A DNA stretch of 58,131 nt from a virus (Duplodnaviria > Caudoviricetes). This document shows, piece after piece, positions 21,242 to 31,800 of the stretch (positions within the stretch are counted from its first letter, which is position 1; the number at the start of each line of letters is the position of its first letter). The position numbers were made by a program, and so were the translations under genes. The notes below the pieces were generated by a model. The model saw only the letters and a program-made list of their open reading frames with translations, did no database searches and was not told the origin of the DNA. The stretch is from IMG/VR virus record IMGVR_UViG_3300044630_002552, positions 1-58,131 of that record, one strand, 5' to 3'.

Positions 21242-22468
21242 ATGGCAACTTTAGGACAAAATACAGGTACCCAACTTATCAACGATTTAGCATCGTATCT
21301 AAACTCACAACAGCAAACAGCTAATGGTGCATTAGATACTACTCAATTGGCTGGTATCATTAACAGATATTTAACAACTGGTGAACAATTAGTAACCGAA
21401 ACTGGTGTTGTTACAAATTCAATCTACAAACAATTCAATACAACTGATATTGTAACTGCAAGAAATGAAATTGTAACAACTGGTTTGTGGAGTAGTGGGG
21501 CTGGGCAATTAAGTACATTTTTCACAGGTTCTACTCCAGCAGTAGCAGGACAAAGCGGTTCAGCAACAGATGAGTATTACTATAATGTTTATGGGAGTGC
21601 AACAACTGCTTCGGCAGAGGTTGAGTTTGCAGTATCATATGGACACATTAGCGGCTCTGGTGCTCCTGATTTAGCAGCTAATCCAGATTCAACTTTACCA
21701 ACAAAAGCAACATATGTACAATATCGTTCTATATTATTGAATAGTGGTGTTTCTAAATTTCAATTTATTACAGCTTCAGCAGACCCATATTATGAGAGTG
21801 ATGATATTTATATCATAAATGTTGCCCGTGCAAGATACAGAGAAAGAATGGATGCAGGTAATATTTCATTAACTCTATCCGGTTCAAACGGAATACATAC
21901 TTTCATTGATAATAGTGGACAAAAATTTGATTTCCAAACTAACTATGGTGTTAGAGAATTTGATATTGTTAAAGGAGATTTAAATTTAGGAACAAATAAC
22001 GCAGCAACAATAACTACAACCACCGCTTCAAATGGACAAGGATTTGGCAAGTTTTATCCAGAGCAAGGTATTATTGTTCTTAACCCAACTGCATTAGCAT
22101 CTACCGTTGGTAGCGAATTAACACCATCTGGTTCATATAATGTTTATGCATGGAATCATAAACGTATATTTAACGCAATTAGTGGAGGTGCAGATTTTGA
22201 TGCAAGAAGAACTGAAAATGTTTCTACATCACACTACTTTGTAAGAGTATTTAACAGAGAGTTTAACTACTCAAATAATCCATCTTATACAAGCGGTTCA
22301 CAAGGAGCATTCTACCAAGATACTTTCAAAACAGACCCGAAAGCATATATAACTTCAATCGGTCTTTATAACGATGCAAACGAATTGTTAGCAATTGCAA
22401 AAACATCTAAACCAATTGAAAAATCATTCTCAAAAGAATTGGTATTAAAGGTTAAATTAGATTTCTAA
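21242..22468 (+). CDS. Virion structural protein
   Basis: 408 aa; C-terminal YITSIGLYNDANELLAIAKTSKP, paralogous to the C-terminus of the next gene. Confidence 0.55.
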   Translation: MATLGQNTGTQLINDLASYLNSQQQTANGALDTTQLAGIINRYLTTGEQLVTETGVVTNSIYKQFNTTDIVTARNEIVTTGLWSSGAGQLSTFFTGSTPAVAGQSGSATDEYYYNVYGSATTASAEVEFAVSYGHISGSGAPDLAANPDSTLPTKATYVQYRSILLNSGVSKFQFITASADPYYESDDIYIINVARARYRERMDAGNISLTLSGSNGIHTFIDNSGQKFDFQTNYGVREFDIVKGDLNLGTNNAATITTTTASNGQGFGKFYPEQGIIVLNPTALASTVGSELTPSGSYNVYAWNHKRIFNAISGGADFDARRTENVSTSHYFVRVFNREFNYSNNPSYTSGSQGAFYQDTFKTDPKAYITSIGLYNDANELLAIAKTSKPIEKSFSKELVLKVKLDF

Positions 22469-22490
22469 TCTAAACAAACTATAAAAGTTG

Positions 22491-22522
22491 AACCCATCCC
22501 AAAAAGGTGGGTTTTTCTTTTT
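22491..22522 (+). terminator. Intrinsic terminator
   Basis: AACCCATC...GGTGGGTT hairpin (G-U pair allowed) followed by T-rich tract. Confidence 0.75.
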
Positions 22523-22525
22523 CTT

Positions 22526-22534
22526 ATATTTATT
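22526..22534 (+). promoter_or_regulatory. Putative late promoter motif (ATATTTATT)
   Basis: Directly after the terminator and 4 nt before ATG 22539. Confidence 0.55.
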
Positions 22535-22538
22535 ATAG

Positions 22539-23849
22539 ATGAAGAAAATACCTAAAAGTGATATTAGTATAAGACCATTTAAGGTCTACAAATCATATAC
22601 TGCAACTAACGCAGATAGTGGTAGTGGTTACAATAGATATTTAGCAGAAAACAAATATGCTACTGCTGATGCATTATCCGAAGGTGATTTATTTTTACAT
22701 TCTATGTGGCATCAAATACACAGAATGTATTATGACCAAATCTACAATCCATTAAGAACATATGGTAGAGAAATTGCAGATTATGTAACGGATACTAGAA
22801 GTTATGGAAAAAAGGCGTTACAATCAAAGTGTGTTGTATTTACAATACCACAAAATCACTATGGTGAAGAAATTAAACCAAAATCAATAATATTAACCGA
22901 TGTTGATAGTTTAGAAACTGAATCGCCAAGACTATTTAAGGATGATGGGTATGGGAATATATTAAGCAATAAAGAAACATTTGATGTACTTAATTTAAAT
23001 TTACAAACATCTCAATTTCAAATTGTAGATGGTGTTGGTAATATTATTGATTTAACAATTATTTCCTTTGATGCCGATACTTCTATTTTAGTAGTTGAAA
23101 CGGATGAAGGTGATAGTGGATTTATAGTATTTAAATTATCAACGGGTGATGGGTTATTTTTGGGAGAAGATAATCTTAATAATACATATAACATAGGACA
23201 AGTTGAAACTGAACCAAATTTAACTCAATTTAAGTATGCAAAAAGTGTAGTTGGTAATGTTAGTTATGAACATGGTATAATTGTTATAACAACATCTGTT
23301 GGTATAGAAACCGAAATGGCTAATTTTCAATTAGAATATAAAGGTACAAATACAATATACGAAAACGAATATTATATCATAGTTGGTGAAGATGAGTTTA
23401 ATGTATCAACAAACCCAACTGCAATAGTAGAAATCGGCGGCAGTATTACAACTGCTTCGGTTTTTGATTTTAGTTCTATATCTACTAATCCAAATATATA
23501 CACACAATCGATTCATATTGATGGACAAAAATTCATTAAAAAGAAAAGTGTATTGCCAGATGGAACAGAAACGGATAGAAATATAGTAACCACACATTTA
23601 TTTCCATCTGGTAGTAGATATTTGGGACAAGTATTAACTGCATCATTAGCAGTAACTGGTAGTGGTGGTTTTGGTGATTATGAAATTTCATCTTCAATAG
23701 ACCAAACTGGTTCGTATCTTGCACCATTTATAACAACAATTGGTTTATATGATGATAATATGGATATGGTAGCAGTGGCTAAATTGGGAAAACCAATAAA
23801 ATCATTACCTGATTTCCCGGTAAACTTTATTGTTAGAATAGATACTTAA
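22539..23849 (+). CDS. Virion structural protein
   Basis: 436 aa; C-terminal FITTIGLYDDNMDMVAVAKLGKP, paralogous to the previous gene. Confidence 0.55.
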   Translation: MKKIPKSDISIRPFKVYKSYTATNADSGSGYNRYLAENKYATADALSEGDLFLHSMWHQIHRMYYDQIYNPLRTYGREIADYVTDTRSYGKKALQSKCVVFTIPQNHYGEEIKPKSIILTDVDSLETESPRLFKDDGYGNILSNKETFDVLNLNLQTSQFQIVDGVGNIIDLTIISFDADTSILVVETDEGDSGFIVFKLSTGDGLFLGEDNLNNTYNIGQVETEPNLTQFKYAKSVVGNVSYEHGIIVITTSVGIETEMANFQLEYKGTNTIYENEYYIIVGEDEFNVSTNPTAIVEIGGSITTASVFDFSSISTNPNIYTQSIHIDGQKFIKKKSVLPDGTETDRNIVTTHLFPSGSRYLGQVLTASLAVTGSGGFGDYEISSSIDQTGSYLAPFITTIGLYDDNMDMVAVAKLGKPIKSLPDFPVNFIVRIDT

Positions 23850-23862
23850 AAAATAATACTAT

Positions 23863-23871
23863 ATATTTATA
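23863..23871 (+). promoter_or_regulatory. Putative late promoter motif ATATTTATA
   Basis: Recurrent intergenic motif. Confidence 0.6.
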
Positions 23872-23889
23872 TTATATAAAAGGAAAAAT

Positions 23890-24231
23890 ATGGCAAACAC
23901 AAATTGGAAAGGTAGTATAATAGATACTTACAATGGTAACGAAAAATTTGCAGGAAATAATAGAGATGCAAAGGGCGTAGATAATGCACCTGGTGTTGAT
24001 TTCTTACAACAATTATACAAGGGAGTTGAATCGGTTGATGGTTTTAAAACAAAATTAAATCCAAAAGACCATACGCCTACAAATTTTAATATGGTTGATA
24101 CAACAAGTAAAATAGTATCTCCTAAATTTGAAGAATTAGTTACAAATAAGGGATATGCATGGGATGGTATTAGTGGTATATCTCCATTTAATAATAAAAA
24201 GAAATACAAAGATAGTATTAAATTAGTATAA
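23890..24231 (+). CDS. Hypothetical protein
   Basis: 113-aa ORF preceded by the promoter motif and AAGGA. Confidence 0.65.
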   Translation: MANTNWKGSIIDTYNGNEKFAGNNRDAKGVDNAPGVDFLQQLYKGVESVDGFKTKLNPKDHTPTNFNMVDTTSKIVSPKFEELVTNKGYAWDGISGISPFNNKKKYKDSIKLV

Positions 24232-24238
24232 TAAAGTT

Positions 24239-24646
24239 TTGGCTAAAAAGAAAAGTTACAAAGGTACAGCAATAAAAAATGGATTTAGAAGTGGGTTGGA
24301 AGAGGTAGTATCTAACCAACTCACATCTAATGGAATAGTTACTCAATACGAAAGTAAGGATAATATAATTCCATATATAGTTCCAGCTACAAATCACAAA
24401 TATCTTCCAGATTTTAGATTACCCAATGGTATCATAGTAGAAACCAAAGGTAGATTTGTATTGTCAGATAGAAAGAAACATTTGTTAATCAAACAACAAC
24501 ATCCTAATTTGGATATTCGTTTTGTATTCACATCATCCAAAAACAAAATCAGTAAAGCATCTAAAACTACATACGCCGATTGGTGTGTAAAGAATGGTTT
24601 TAAATACGCCGATAAACTTATTCCAGATTCTTGGATAAATGAGTAA
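24239..24646 (+). CDS. Endonuclease I / Holliday junction resolvase (T7 gp3-like)
   Basis: FRSGLEE, YLPDFRLPNGIIVETKGRF, DRKKHLLIKQQHP, YADWC; TTG start. Confidence 0.92.
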   Translation: MAKKKSYKGTAIKNGFRSGLEEVVSNQLTSNGIVTQYESKDNIIPYIVPATNHKYLPDFRLPNGIIVETKGRFVLSDRKKHLLIKQQHPNLDIRFVFTSSKNKISKASKTTYADWCVKNGFKYADKLIPDSWINE

Positions 24647-24651
24647 ATAAA

Positions 24652-24683
24652 TTAGGAATTACAAAAATAATTTCGTATATTTG
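24652..24683 (+). promoter_or_regulatory. Bacteroidetes-type promoter upstream of primase
   Basis: TTAG (24652-24655), 20-nt spacer, TATATTTG (24676-24683). Confidence 0.6.
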
Positions 24684-24687
24684 ACTT

Positions 24688-25677
24688 ATGCAATTAATAA
24701 GTCTTTTCCAAAAGTATTTAGGAAGTTCTGCTACTCTTAAAAAAGATGAGCATGCTTTCCATTGTCCATTCTGTCATCACCACAAACCAAAACTACAAGT
24801 CAATACAAGAACAAATAAGTTCCATTGTTGGGTATGTAATTCAGGTGGTAGTATAACGTATCTGGCCAAACGTATTGGTATGAATACGGATGATTTACAG
24901 ATAATCTTTGGTGAGTCTAATACTAAATTAAAAACTGCTATGAGTTCTAACAAAACTCTAAATGAGCAATTTTTGGATATGTGGGAAAAGTATGAGGAAG
25001 AAGATGAAGAAAACCATGTGTACTTATCATTACCTCCAGGATTCAAATCGGCATTAGAACTTACACCAAATGTTACTAATCCAATTGAAGGTCATGCTAT
25101 TCAATATCTAAAAAACAGAGGGTTAAGTAAGAAAGAGATTATTAAATACAACATTGGATTTACATCGGAAGGTGTATATAAAGATAGAGTTATTATTCCA
25201 TCATATGATAAAGATGGTATGTTAAATTACTTTATTGCTAGACATATTGATGCAAATAGTAAATACAAATACAAAAATCCACCAGTAAGTAAAAATATAA
25301 TTGCATTTGAAAATCAAATAGATTGGACCGAACCAATTACACTATGTGAAGGTGCTTTTGATGCTATTGCTTTAAAACGAAATGCTATTCCTTTGTTTGG
25401 TAAATTTGTACCTAGAAAGTTAGATACTGAAATTAAAAAAAGAGTAGCTGATGGTGAAGTTAAAGAAATGGTTATTGCATTGGATAATGATGCAAAACAA
25501 GACTCTTTAAAGATTTACGAAAAATATAATACCATAATACCAACAATAAAGTTAATAGACTTTCAAGAAAAGGATGCAGGTGAATTAAAGTTCAAAGATA
25601 TTTTGATATATCAAAAAAATTCCGTAACTTTGAGTTTTGAAAGTTTAATCAAACAGAAACTATCTTTTATTAAATGA
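24688..25677 (+). CDS. DNA primase (Zn finger + TOPRIM)
   Basis: CPFC...FHCWVC zinc finger; RVIIP, YKNP, LCEGAFDA, ALDNDA. Confidence 0.9.
   Translation: MQLISLFQKYLGSSATLKKDEHAFHCPFCHHHKPKLQVNTRTNKFHCWVCNSGGSITYLAKRIGMNTDDLQIIFGESNTKLKTAMSSNKTLNEQFLDMWEKYEEEDEENHVYLSLPPGFKSALELTPNVTNPIEGHAIQYLKNRGLSKKEIIKYNIGFTSEGVYKDRVIIPSYDKDGMLNYFIARHIDANSKYKYKNPPVSKNIIAFENQIDWTEPITLCEGAFDAIALKRNAIPLFGKFVPRKLDTEIKKRVADGEVKEMVIALDNDAKQDSLKIYEKYNTIIPTIKLIDFQEKDAGELKFKDILIYQKNSVTLSFESLIKQKLSFIK
25602..25632 (+). promoter_or_regulatory. Bacteroidetes-type promoter inside the primase 3' end, upstream of the Mre11-Rad50 gene
   Basis: TTTG (25602-25605), 19-nt spacer, TAACTTTG (25625-25632). Confidence 0.55.
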
Positions 25678-28600
25678 GAAATATAGATTTAGGTTTTAAG
25701 AAAATTAAGACCATTTATCATATTGCAGATGTCCACATTCGCAATTTGAAGAGACATGAAGAATATAAGGAAGTATTCCAAAAATTATATTCAGATATAA
25801 AGCAACGTGGTACAAACGATGCAATAATTTATTTAGCTGGTGATATAGCTCATGCTAAATTAGAATTATCACCAGAATTAGTAAAGGAGATTTCTGCTTT
25901 TTTAAGAGAGTGCTCGGAGTTATGTCCTACATTCTTAATCGCAGGTAATCACGATTGTAATTTAAATAATATCCACAGACTAGATGCTTTATCTCCAATT
26001 GTAGATGGTCTTAATTTGCCCAATCTATATTACCTACGTGATACGGAAGTAGTTAAAGTTCATAATATTACATTTGGTGTATTCAGTATTTTTGATAAGA
26101 AAGAGAATTGGCCGAAAGGAGTGGATATTCAGGGTGATGTTAAGATTGCTCTTTTTCACGGACCAATTGATAAATCACAGACAGATATTGGGTATGTTAT
26201 TAGTTCTCGCAATTTTACCACAGATATTTTTAATGGATACGATGCAGCTTTATTAGGTGATATTCATAAGCGTCAAACTGTTAAGCAATCAAATCCAATT
26301 GTAGTTTATCCAGGTTCACTTATTCAGCAATCACATGGTGAAGCATTGGAAAATCACGGATATGCTATTTGGGATGTTGAAACTTTAAAACCTACATATG
26401 TTGATATTCCAAACGATTATGGTTACTATACTCTACATGTAGATAATGGTATAGTTCCTATTGTAACGGATATGCCCAAAAAACCTCGTCTTCGTGTCTA
26501 TGTATCTAATACAGATGTAGGTGATATGAAAAGAGTTACTACTGAAATTAAAAAGAAATACAATGTTGATGAATTTACGATTACTAAAACAGATAGTTTA
26601 TCTAAACTCCGTAACGGCGTTAGAGATGGTAAAATTAACGTTGGCGATATTAACGATGTAGATTATCAAAACGGATTGATTGAAGATTATTTAGTTCGTT
26701 CTTTTTCAATTGATAATCAATCTTTAGCAAACGTTAAATCATTAAACACAGAATTAAACAAAAGACTTACAGATGAAGATTTGGCTAAAAACATTGTATG
26801 GAAACCTATTAAGTTTGAGTTTTCAAATATGTTCTCATATGGAGAAGATAATGTTATTGATTTCACAAAGTTAAATGGTGTCATTGGTCTATTTGCACCA
26901 AACGCAAGTGGTAAATCATCAATCTTTGATGCGGTATCATTCTGTGCATTTGATAAATGTAGTAGAGCATTTAGAGCATCGGCTATATTAAACAATCGTA
27001 AATCTAATTTTAAATGTAAGTTACATTTTCAAATTAATGATGAAGATTTCTTTATAGAAAGAACCGCGGCACAAAACTCAAAAGGTACAAACGTAAAAGT
27101 AGATGTACAATTTTGGAAAGAAACCGATGGACAACAAATCTTATTAAATGGCACAGAGCGTAGAGATACAAATAAAAATATCTCACAATATTTAGGAACT
27201 TATGAAGATTTTGTATTAACTGCATTATCTCTGCAAGGTAACAATGCGTTGTTTATTGATAAATCACAAAGTGAAAGAAAAGATTTGTTAGCACAATTTA
27301 TGGGTATTAACGTATTCGATAAATTGTACGCACATGCATTGGAGGATATTAAAGAAGTTCAGGTATTATTAAAGAAGTTTAAATCAAATGATTTTACTAC
27401 TGAATTGGCTAACGATGAGTTAAAAGTAGTGGTTTTAAACGATAGTTATTCAGTTGAAGAAGGAAAGCATACTAAACTAATAGAAGACCGGTTAGAACAG
27501 AACAATACCCTATTAGAACTTACACAACAATTGGTGCCAGTAGATGCTAGTATTGCTGATATTGATGGGTTAGAGAAAAAGAAAAAAGAGCAAGAAGAAA
27601 AAATCCAACAACTAAAAGACGATGAAGCTAAAAAGTTAGAACAATTGGAGCAATTCAAAGATGCGTTAATTCAAATCTCACAAAGTGTAAATGAGTTAGC
27701 AACATTTGGTGAATTAGATATTGAGCAAGCACATACCGAATATCTACGATTATCTAATTTACAAACATCTTCTTTACACTCAATTGAAAAGTGTAAGATT
27801 TCATTGGAAAAGAATGAAGAGAAGTTAGTACATTTGGCAGAGCATGAGTATGACCCGAATTGTAATTTCTGTATGAATAACGTATTTGTAAAGGATGCAC
27901 AGAAAACACAAGAAGAAGTAGACTCTCAAAAGATTGTATTGGAAGAGTTGGAAAAAAATTATTCTAAAACATTATATAGATTAGAAAAATTAAACGGTGT
28001 AGTTGATAATTATAATGACTACAAATCATTTAAGCAAAAGTTTGATAAGGGTAAATTGAGTGCTGAAAAATTAGTAGTTGATATTAAATCATACGAAAGT
28101 AAAAAGCAAGCAGCTGAATTGGAGTTACAAAACATCCAAACTTTAATCCAAAGGTATCATGAAAATGAAGCAACAATCCAAAACAATAAAGTTCTTCAAA
28201 AAGATATTAATATTATCAAAGGTAGTATTGATGATTTTGATAAAGATATTTCCTCCGTACAAAAAGAAATGTTGTCATTAACCGGCTCAATATCAAGGTT
28301 ACAAGAAAAGATTTCAAGTGTAAACGAAAAGATTGAAGAAGCAAAAGAATTAGAAGAGAGATATTCCACATATGAATACTATTTAGATGCAGTAAAAAGA
28401 GATGGTGTATCTTATGATTTGATTGCTAAATCTTTACCTGTAATTGAGGGTGAGGTTAATAATATTTTATCACAAATTGTAGATTTTGGTGTTACACTAA
28501 CAATGGATGGTAAGAATATAACTGCTAACATTGTATATGAAGACCAAGAGTGGGGATTGGAAATGTGTAGTGGTATGGAAAAGTTTATTAGTGGATTGGC

Positions 28601-28841
28601 AATTAGAGTTGCACTTATTAATGTATGTAATCTACCTCGTCCAAATTTTTTAGTATTAGATGAAGGATTTGGAACATTGGATGGTGAAAACTTACAATCT
28701 ACATTCCTATTGTTTCAGTATCTTAAAACACAATTTGATTTTGTAACCATCATTTCCCATTTAGACCAGATTAGAGATGTGGTAGATACTTTGGTAGAAA
28801 TCAAAAAGGAAAATGGATACTCAAAAATCTCACACAAATAA
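25674..28841 (+). CDS. Fused SbcD/Mre11 nuclease + SbcC/Rad50 ATPase (gp47-gp46 fusion)
   Basis: Phosphoesterase motifs HIADVH, AGDIAH, AGNHD, LGDIHK; Walker A APNASGKSS; coiled coil with CNFC zinc hook; signature CSGMEK; Walker B LDEGFG; ISHLD. Confidence 0.92.
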   Translation: MRNIDLGFKKIKTIYHIADVHIRNLKRHEEYKEVFQKLYSDIKQRGTNDAIIYLAGDIAHAKLELSPELVKEISAFLRECSELCPTFLIAGNHDCNLNNIHRLDALSPIVDGLNLPNLYYLRDTEVVKVHNITFGVFSIFDKKENWPKGVDIQGDVKIALFHGPIDKSQTDIGYVISSRNFTTDIFNGYDAALLGDIHKRQTVKQSNPIVVYPGSLIQQSHGEALENHGYAIWDVETLKPTYVDIPNDYGYYTLHVDNGIVPIVTDMPKKPRLRVYVSNTDVGDMKRVTTEIKKKYNVDEFTITKTDSLSKLRNGVRDGKINVGDINDVDYQNGLIEDYLVRSFSIDNQSLANVKSLNTELNKRLTDEDLAKNIVWKPIKFEFSNMFSYGEDNVIDFTKLNGVIGLFAPNASGKSSIFDAVSFCAFDKCSRAFRASAILNNRKSNFKCKLHFQINDEDFFIERTAAQNSKGTNVKVDVQFWKETDGQQILLNGTERRDTNKNISQYLGTYEDFVLTALSLQGNNALFIDKSQSERKDLLAQFMGINVFDKLYAHALEDIKEVQVLLKKFKSNDFTTELANDELKVVVLNDSYSVEEGKHTKLIEDRLEQNNTLLELTQQLVPVDASIADIDGLEKKKKEQEEKIQQLKDDEAKKLEQLEQFKDALIQISQSVNELATFGELDIEQAHTEYLRLSNLQTSSLHSIEKCKISLEKNEEKLVHLAEHEYDPNCNFCMNNVFVKDAQKTQEEVDSQKIVLEELEKNYSKTLYRLEKLNGVVDNYNDYKSFKQKFDKGKLSAEKLVVDIKSYESKKQAAELELQNIQTLIQRYHENEATIQNNKVLQKDINIIKGSIDDFDKDISSVQKEMLSLTGSISRLQEKISSVNEKIEEAKELEERYSTYEYYLDAVKRDGVSYDLIAKSLPVIEGEVNNILSQIVDFGVTLTMDGKNITANIVYEDQEWGLEMCSGMEKFISGLAIRVALINVCNLPRPNFLVLDEGFGTLDGENLQSTFLLFQYLKTQFDFVTIISHLDQIRDVVDTLVEIKKENGYSKISHK

Positions 28842-28859
28842 CGAAAAAACATAAGTAGG

Positions 28860-28868
28860 ATATTTATA
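28860..28868 (+). promoter_or_regulatory. Putative late promoter motif ATATTTATA
   Basis: Recurrent intergenic motif. Confidence 0.6.
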
Positions 28869-28888
28869 TAAAAGAATATCCTACACTT

Positions 28889-31800
28889 ATGGCAGTAGAA
28901 GTTAAAGTTGCTCCTGATAATCAATTAGAATTAAAATCGGTATTCCTAGAAGATAGGAGAGTAACATCACAATATTTTAATCTCACCGAACTACCCGATA
29001 CATTTACGGGTGGTAAAAATGCATTCCTAATTGCCGGTACTGATTATTTAGAGCAAAATACGGAAGTATTGGTTCAGATTAAAGATGCAACCGGTAGAGT
29101 AGTTTATACTGAAAGTTCCGATGGTAATCCTGAATACTATGAAGGTATATCAAAAGTAATAGCAGTTTATGTTTATCCAAGTGATAGTGTAGAACAAGCA
29201 ATTGACTCAACTGCATTTGGTCCTTGTACTATTACAATTTTAGGTGAGTTAAAGTTTTACGATAATAATGGTAGTAAAACGGAAGTACCTGATATATGGA
29301 AAGGTAAGTACAATGTTCGTTATGTAGGTACTGCAAATATAAATCCAAATCTTGCAAATACAACTCGTGTTCGTTTTTTTAGAAGACCACAAGCTACAAT
29401 TACAGAAATTTTAAAACCAATTTATAGTACACCATCTGGTTCATCGCCCATCGCATCTGCAATTACTGCATCATATGCTAATATAAAATTATCTCGTTTA
29501 GAAACATTTGCTGGTGATGTAAAAAGAGTAAAAGTATATCGTTCATCTACATCAACCATTAGTGATTTTGAATTGATACAAGATATTCAAATTGAAGCAA
29601 AAGAATTATTACAAACATTAAATGCAACTGGTAGTGTAGTAACTGATACTGGATTTTTTAATTCAGAAGTTCTTTCTAATTTTTGGAATAGTGGCTCTTT
29701 AACGGCAACATTAGATACTAACCAATTTGTAGATTCAACTACGGTTAAACTGAATGGTAATGGTAATTTTTCATATCTACCTAAATTAGATTTAAGTGAT
29801 GTTACGGTTTATGAATTGGCATTTGATGGTTTTTATAATGGGTCATCACAAAGTAATTTGGAAATACATATTAGCGGTTCTCAAAATGGAGATAGAGAGA
29901 TTGATACTATTGTGGGATTTTCTCCAACTCGTAATTTAACAAATTATATATCTCAATTTTCATTACCAAATTCAGAACCAACTGCTTCACTATATTTTAA
30001 ACAAACACAAGGTAATTGGTTCTTAAAAGATATTAGTTTAAGAGCATCATCCGAAACTGTATTCTCACCAAACGAGGTATCGTTTATTGTATCAATGCCA
30101 ACCAATATATCAAATGAAACATTCAACTTTAGATTTGAGTTTTTTGATGTAAATAATAACTTTATTCCGGTATCAGTAACTGGCTCTCAAACATTTACGG
30201 GTGGAAATAATTTTATTGCTAGTAATAAATTATTAACATTTGAATCAGATAGAACGGCATTCCGTTTTAGTAGTGGCTCATTTGGTAATCCTGCTTTTCA
30301 ACAGGTTGGATTTTCAATTGGTAGAACTAATTTAACTGGTTCGGTTACTTATGCATCTGCAGCATTTGATACAACTGGTAATTATATAGTTCCTGCTAGT
30401 TATGCGGGAACATATCCTGGTCTTTTAACAAACGCAGGAGATGGTGGTGCAAGTTTAACTATTGCTAATTTTAGTGGTAGTGTATCATCAATACTAGTTG
30501 GTTCTATAACATATACTGCATCATGCGAAGGTTTTAATGAATTTGAAACAATATATCGTTTTGAAGATGGTGAGAATGCACCTGGTGTTTTTGTAACTGC
30601 AAATACAAATCAATTTATTTATAAAGCAACTGATTTATCCCTAAACCCAAGTGGACAAACTATAACAATAGAAGCTAAACGTAAAAATTTAGCATCTTCT
30701 TCAACCCCATTAACTGTAAATTCCGGAAGTGGAAAACCATCATTAACTTATGTTTCTACAAATGCTACAAACGGAGTTGATACTTACACTTTGGCCGGTT
30801 CATCGTACCCATTCTTAACAGATGAAACAATTTATAGTATTTCTGGTTCTGACCAATTTGGAAATCAATTTTCGGATTCTATTAAAATAACTCCTGTAAA
30901 AATATTAGATGGGTTTTCAGTTGCTGTTACTAATGAAAATGCATCATTTCCTGCAACATCAACGGGAACAATAGTTGGTGATTTGGTAGCAAGTAGTGGT
31001 TCTATTACAGTAAAAGTTGGTAATGAAACAATAAATTATTCATCAGGATTTATAACTAATTCATTTAGTGCAAGTATTTCTTCAACTTCTGGACTAACTG
31101 CAAATACATTTAACGGAACAAATTATTCAATAAACGCATTATCAGCAGATAGTGGTTCTTTAACCCTTTTAGTAAAATATAAAGATGGTGGTGGAACTAT
31201 ATTAAGTTCTTCAAAAGATATTACATATTCAAAGGTTAAAAAAGCAGCACCTATTTTAAATTTTGTAATTGGTAACAATAATCAAACAGTTACTGCAAAA
31301 TCGACAGGTGAACAACTTGATTCATTTATAAACGCATCGTTTTCGGTTAATGAAATTTATAATGGATTAACTTCCACAAAAACATTTACACCAACATCAA
31401 TAACTGCTACAAATTCTTATACGGTGGGAAGTGCAACGGCAACATCATTAACATTACCAAATATGGCAAATGGGACTGATTCGGTTGATATATCCATAAC
31501 CGGTTCAGTTGTTGATTCGGAAAATACTACAAGAAATGTATTTGGAAATATTTCATTATCTAAAACTAAAAAGGCAGTTCCTAATATAGTAGTAACTGCC
31601 TCACCACAAGCACAATCGGTATTAGCAAATTCTGCAGGTACTCAAACTGGCACATTATCAAATGTAACAATTGCTGCATTAGAGGGAAGTACAAATATTT
31701 TTACATCAATGGTTATTGCTTCTACTAATGGGTTTTCAACCCCACCAACAGTTAGTGGAGCAACATTAACAATGACATCCGCAGTTATGAATGCTGCAGA

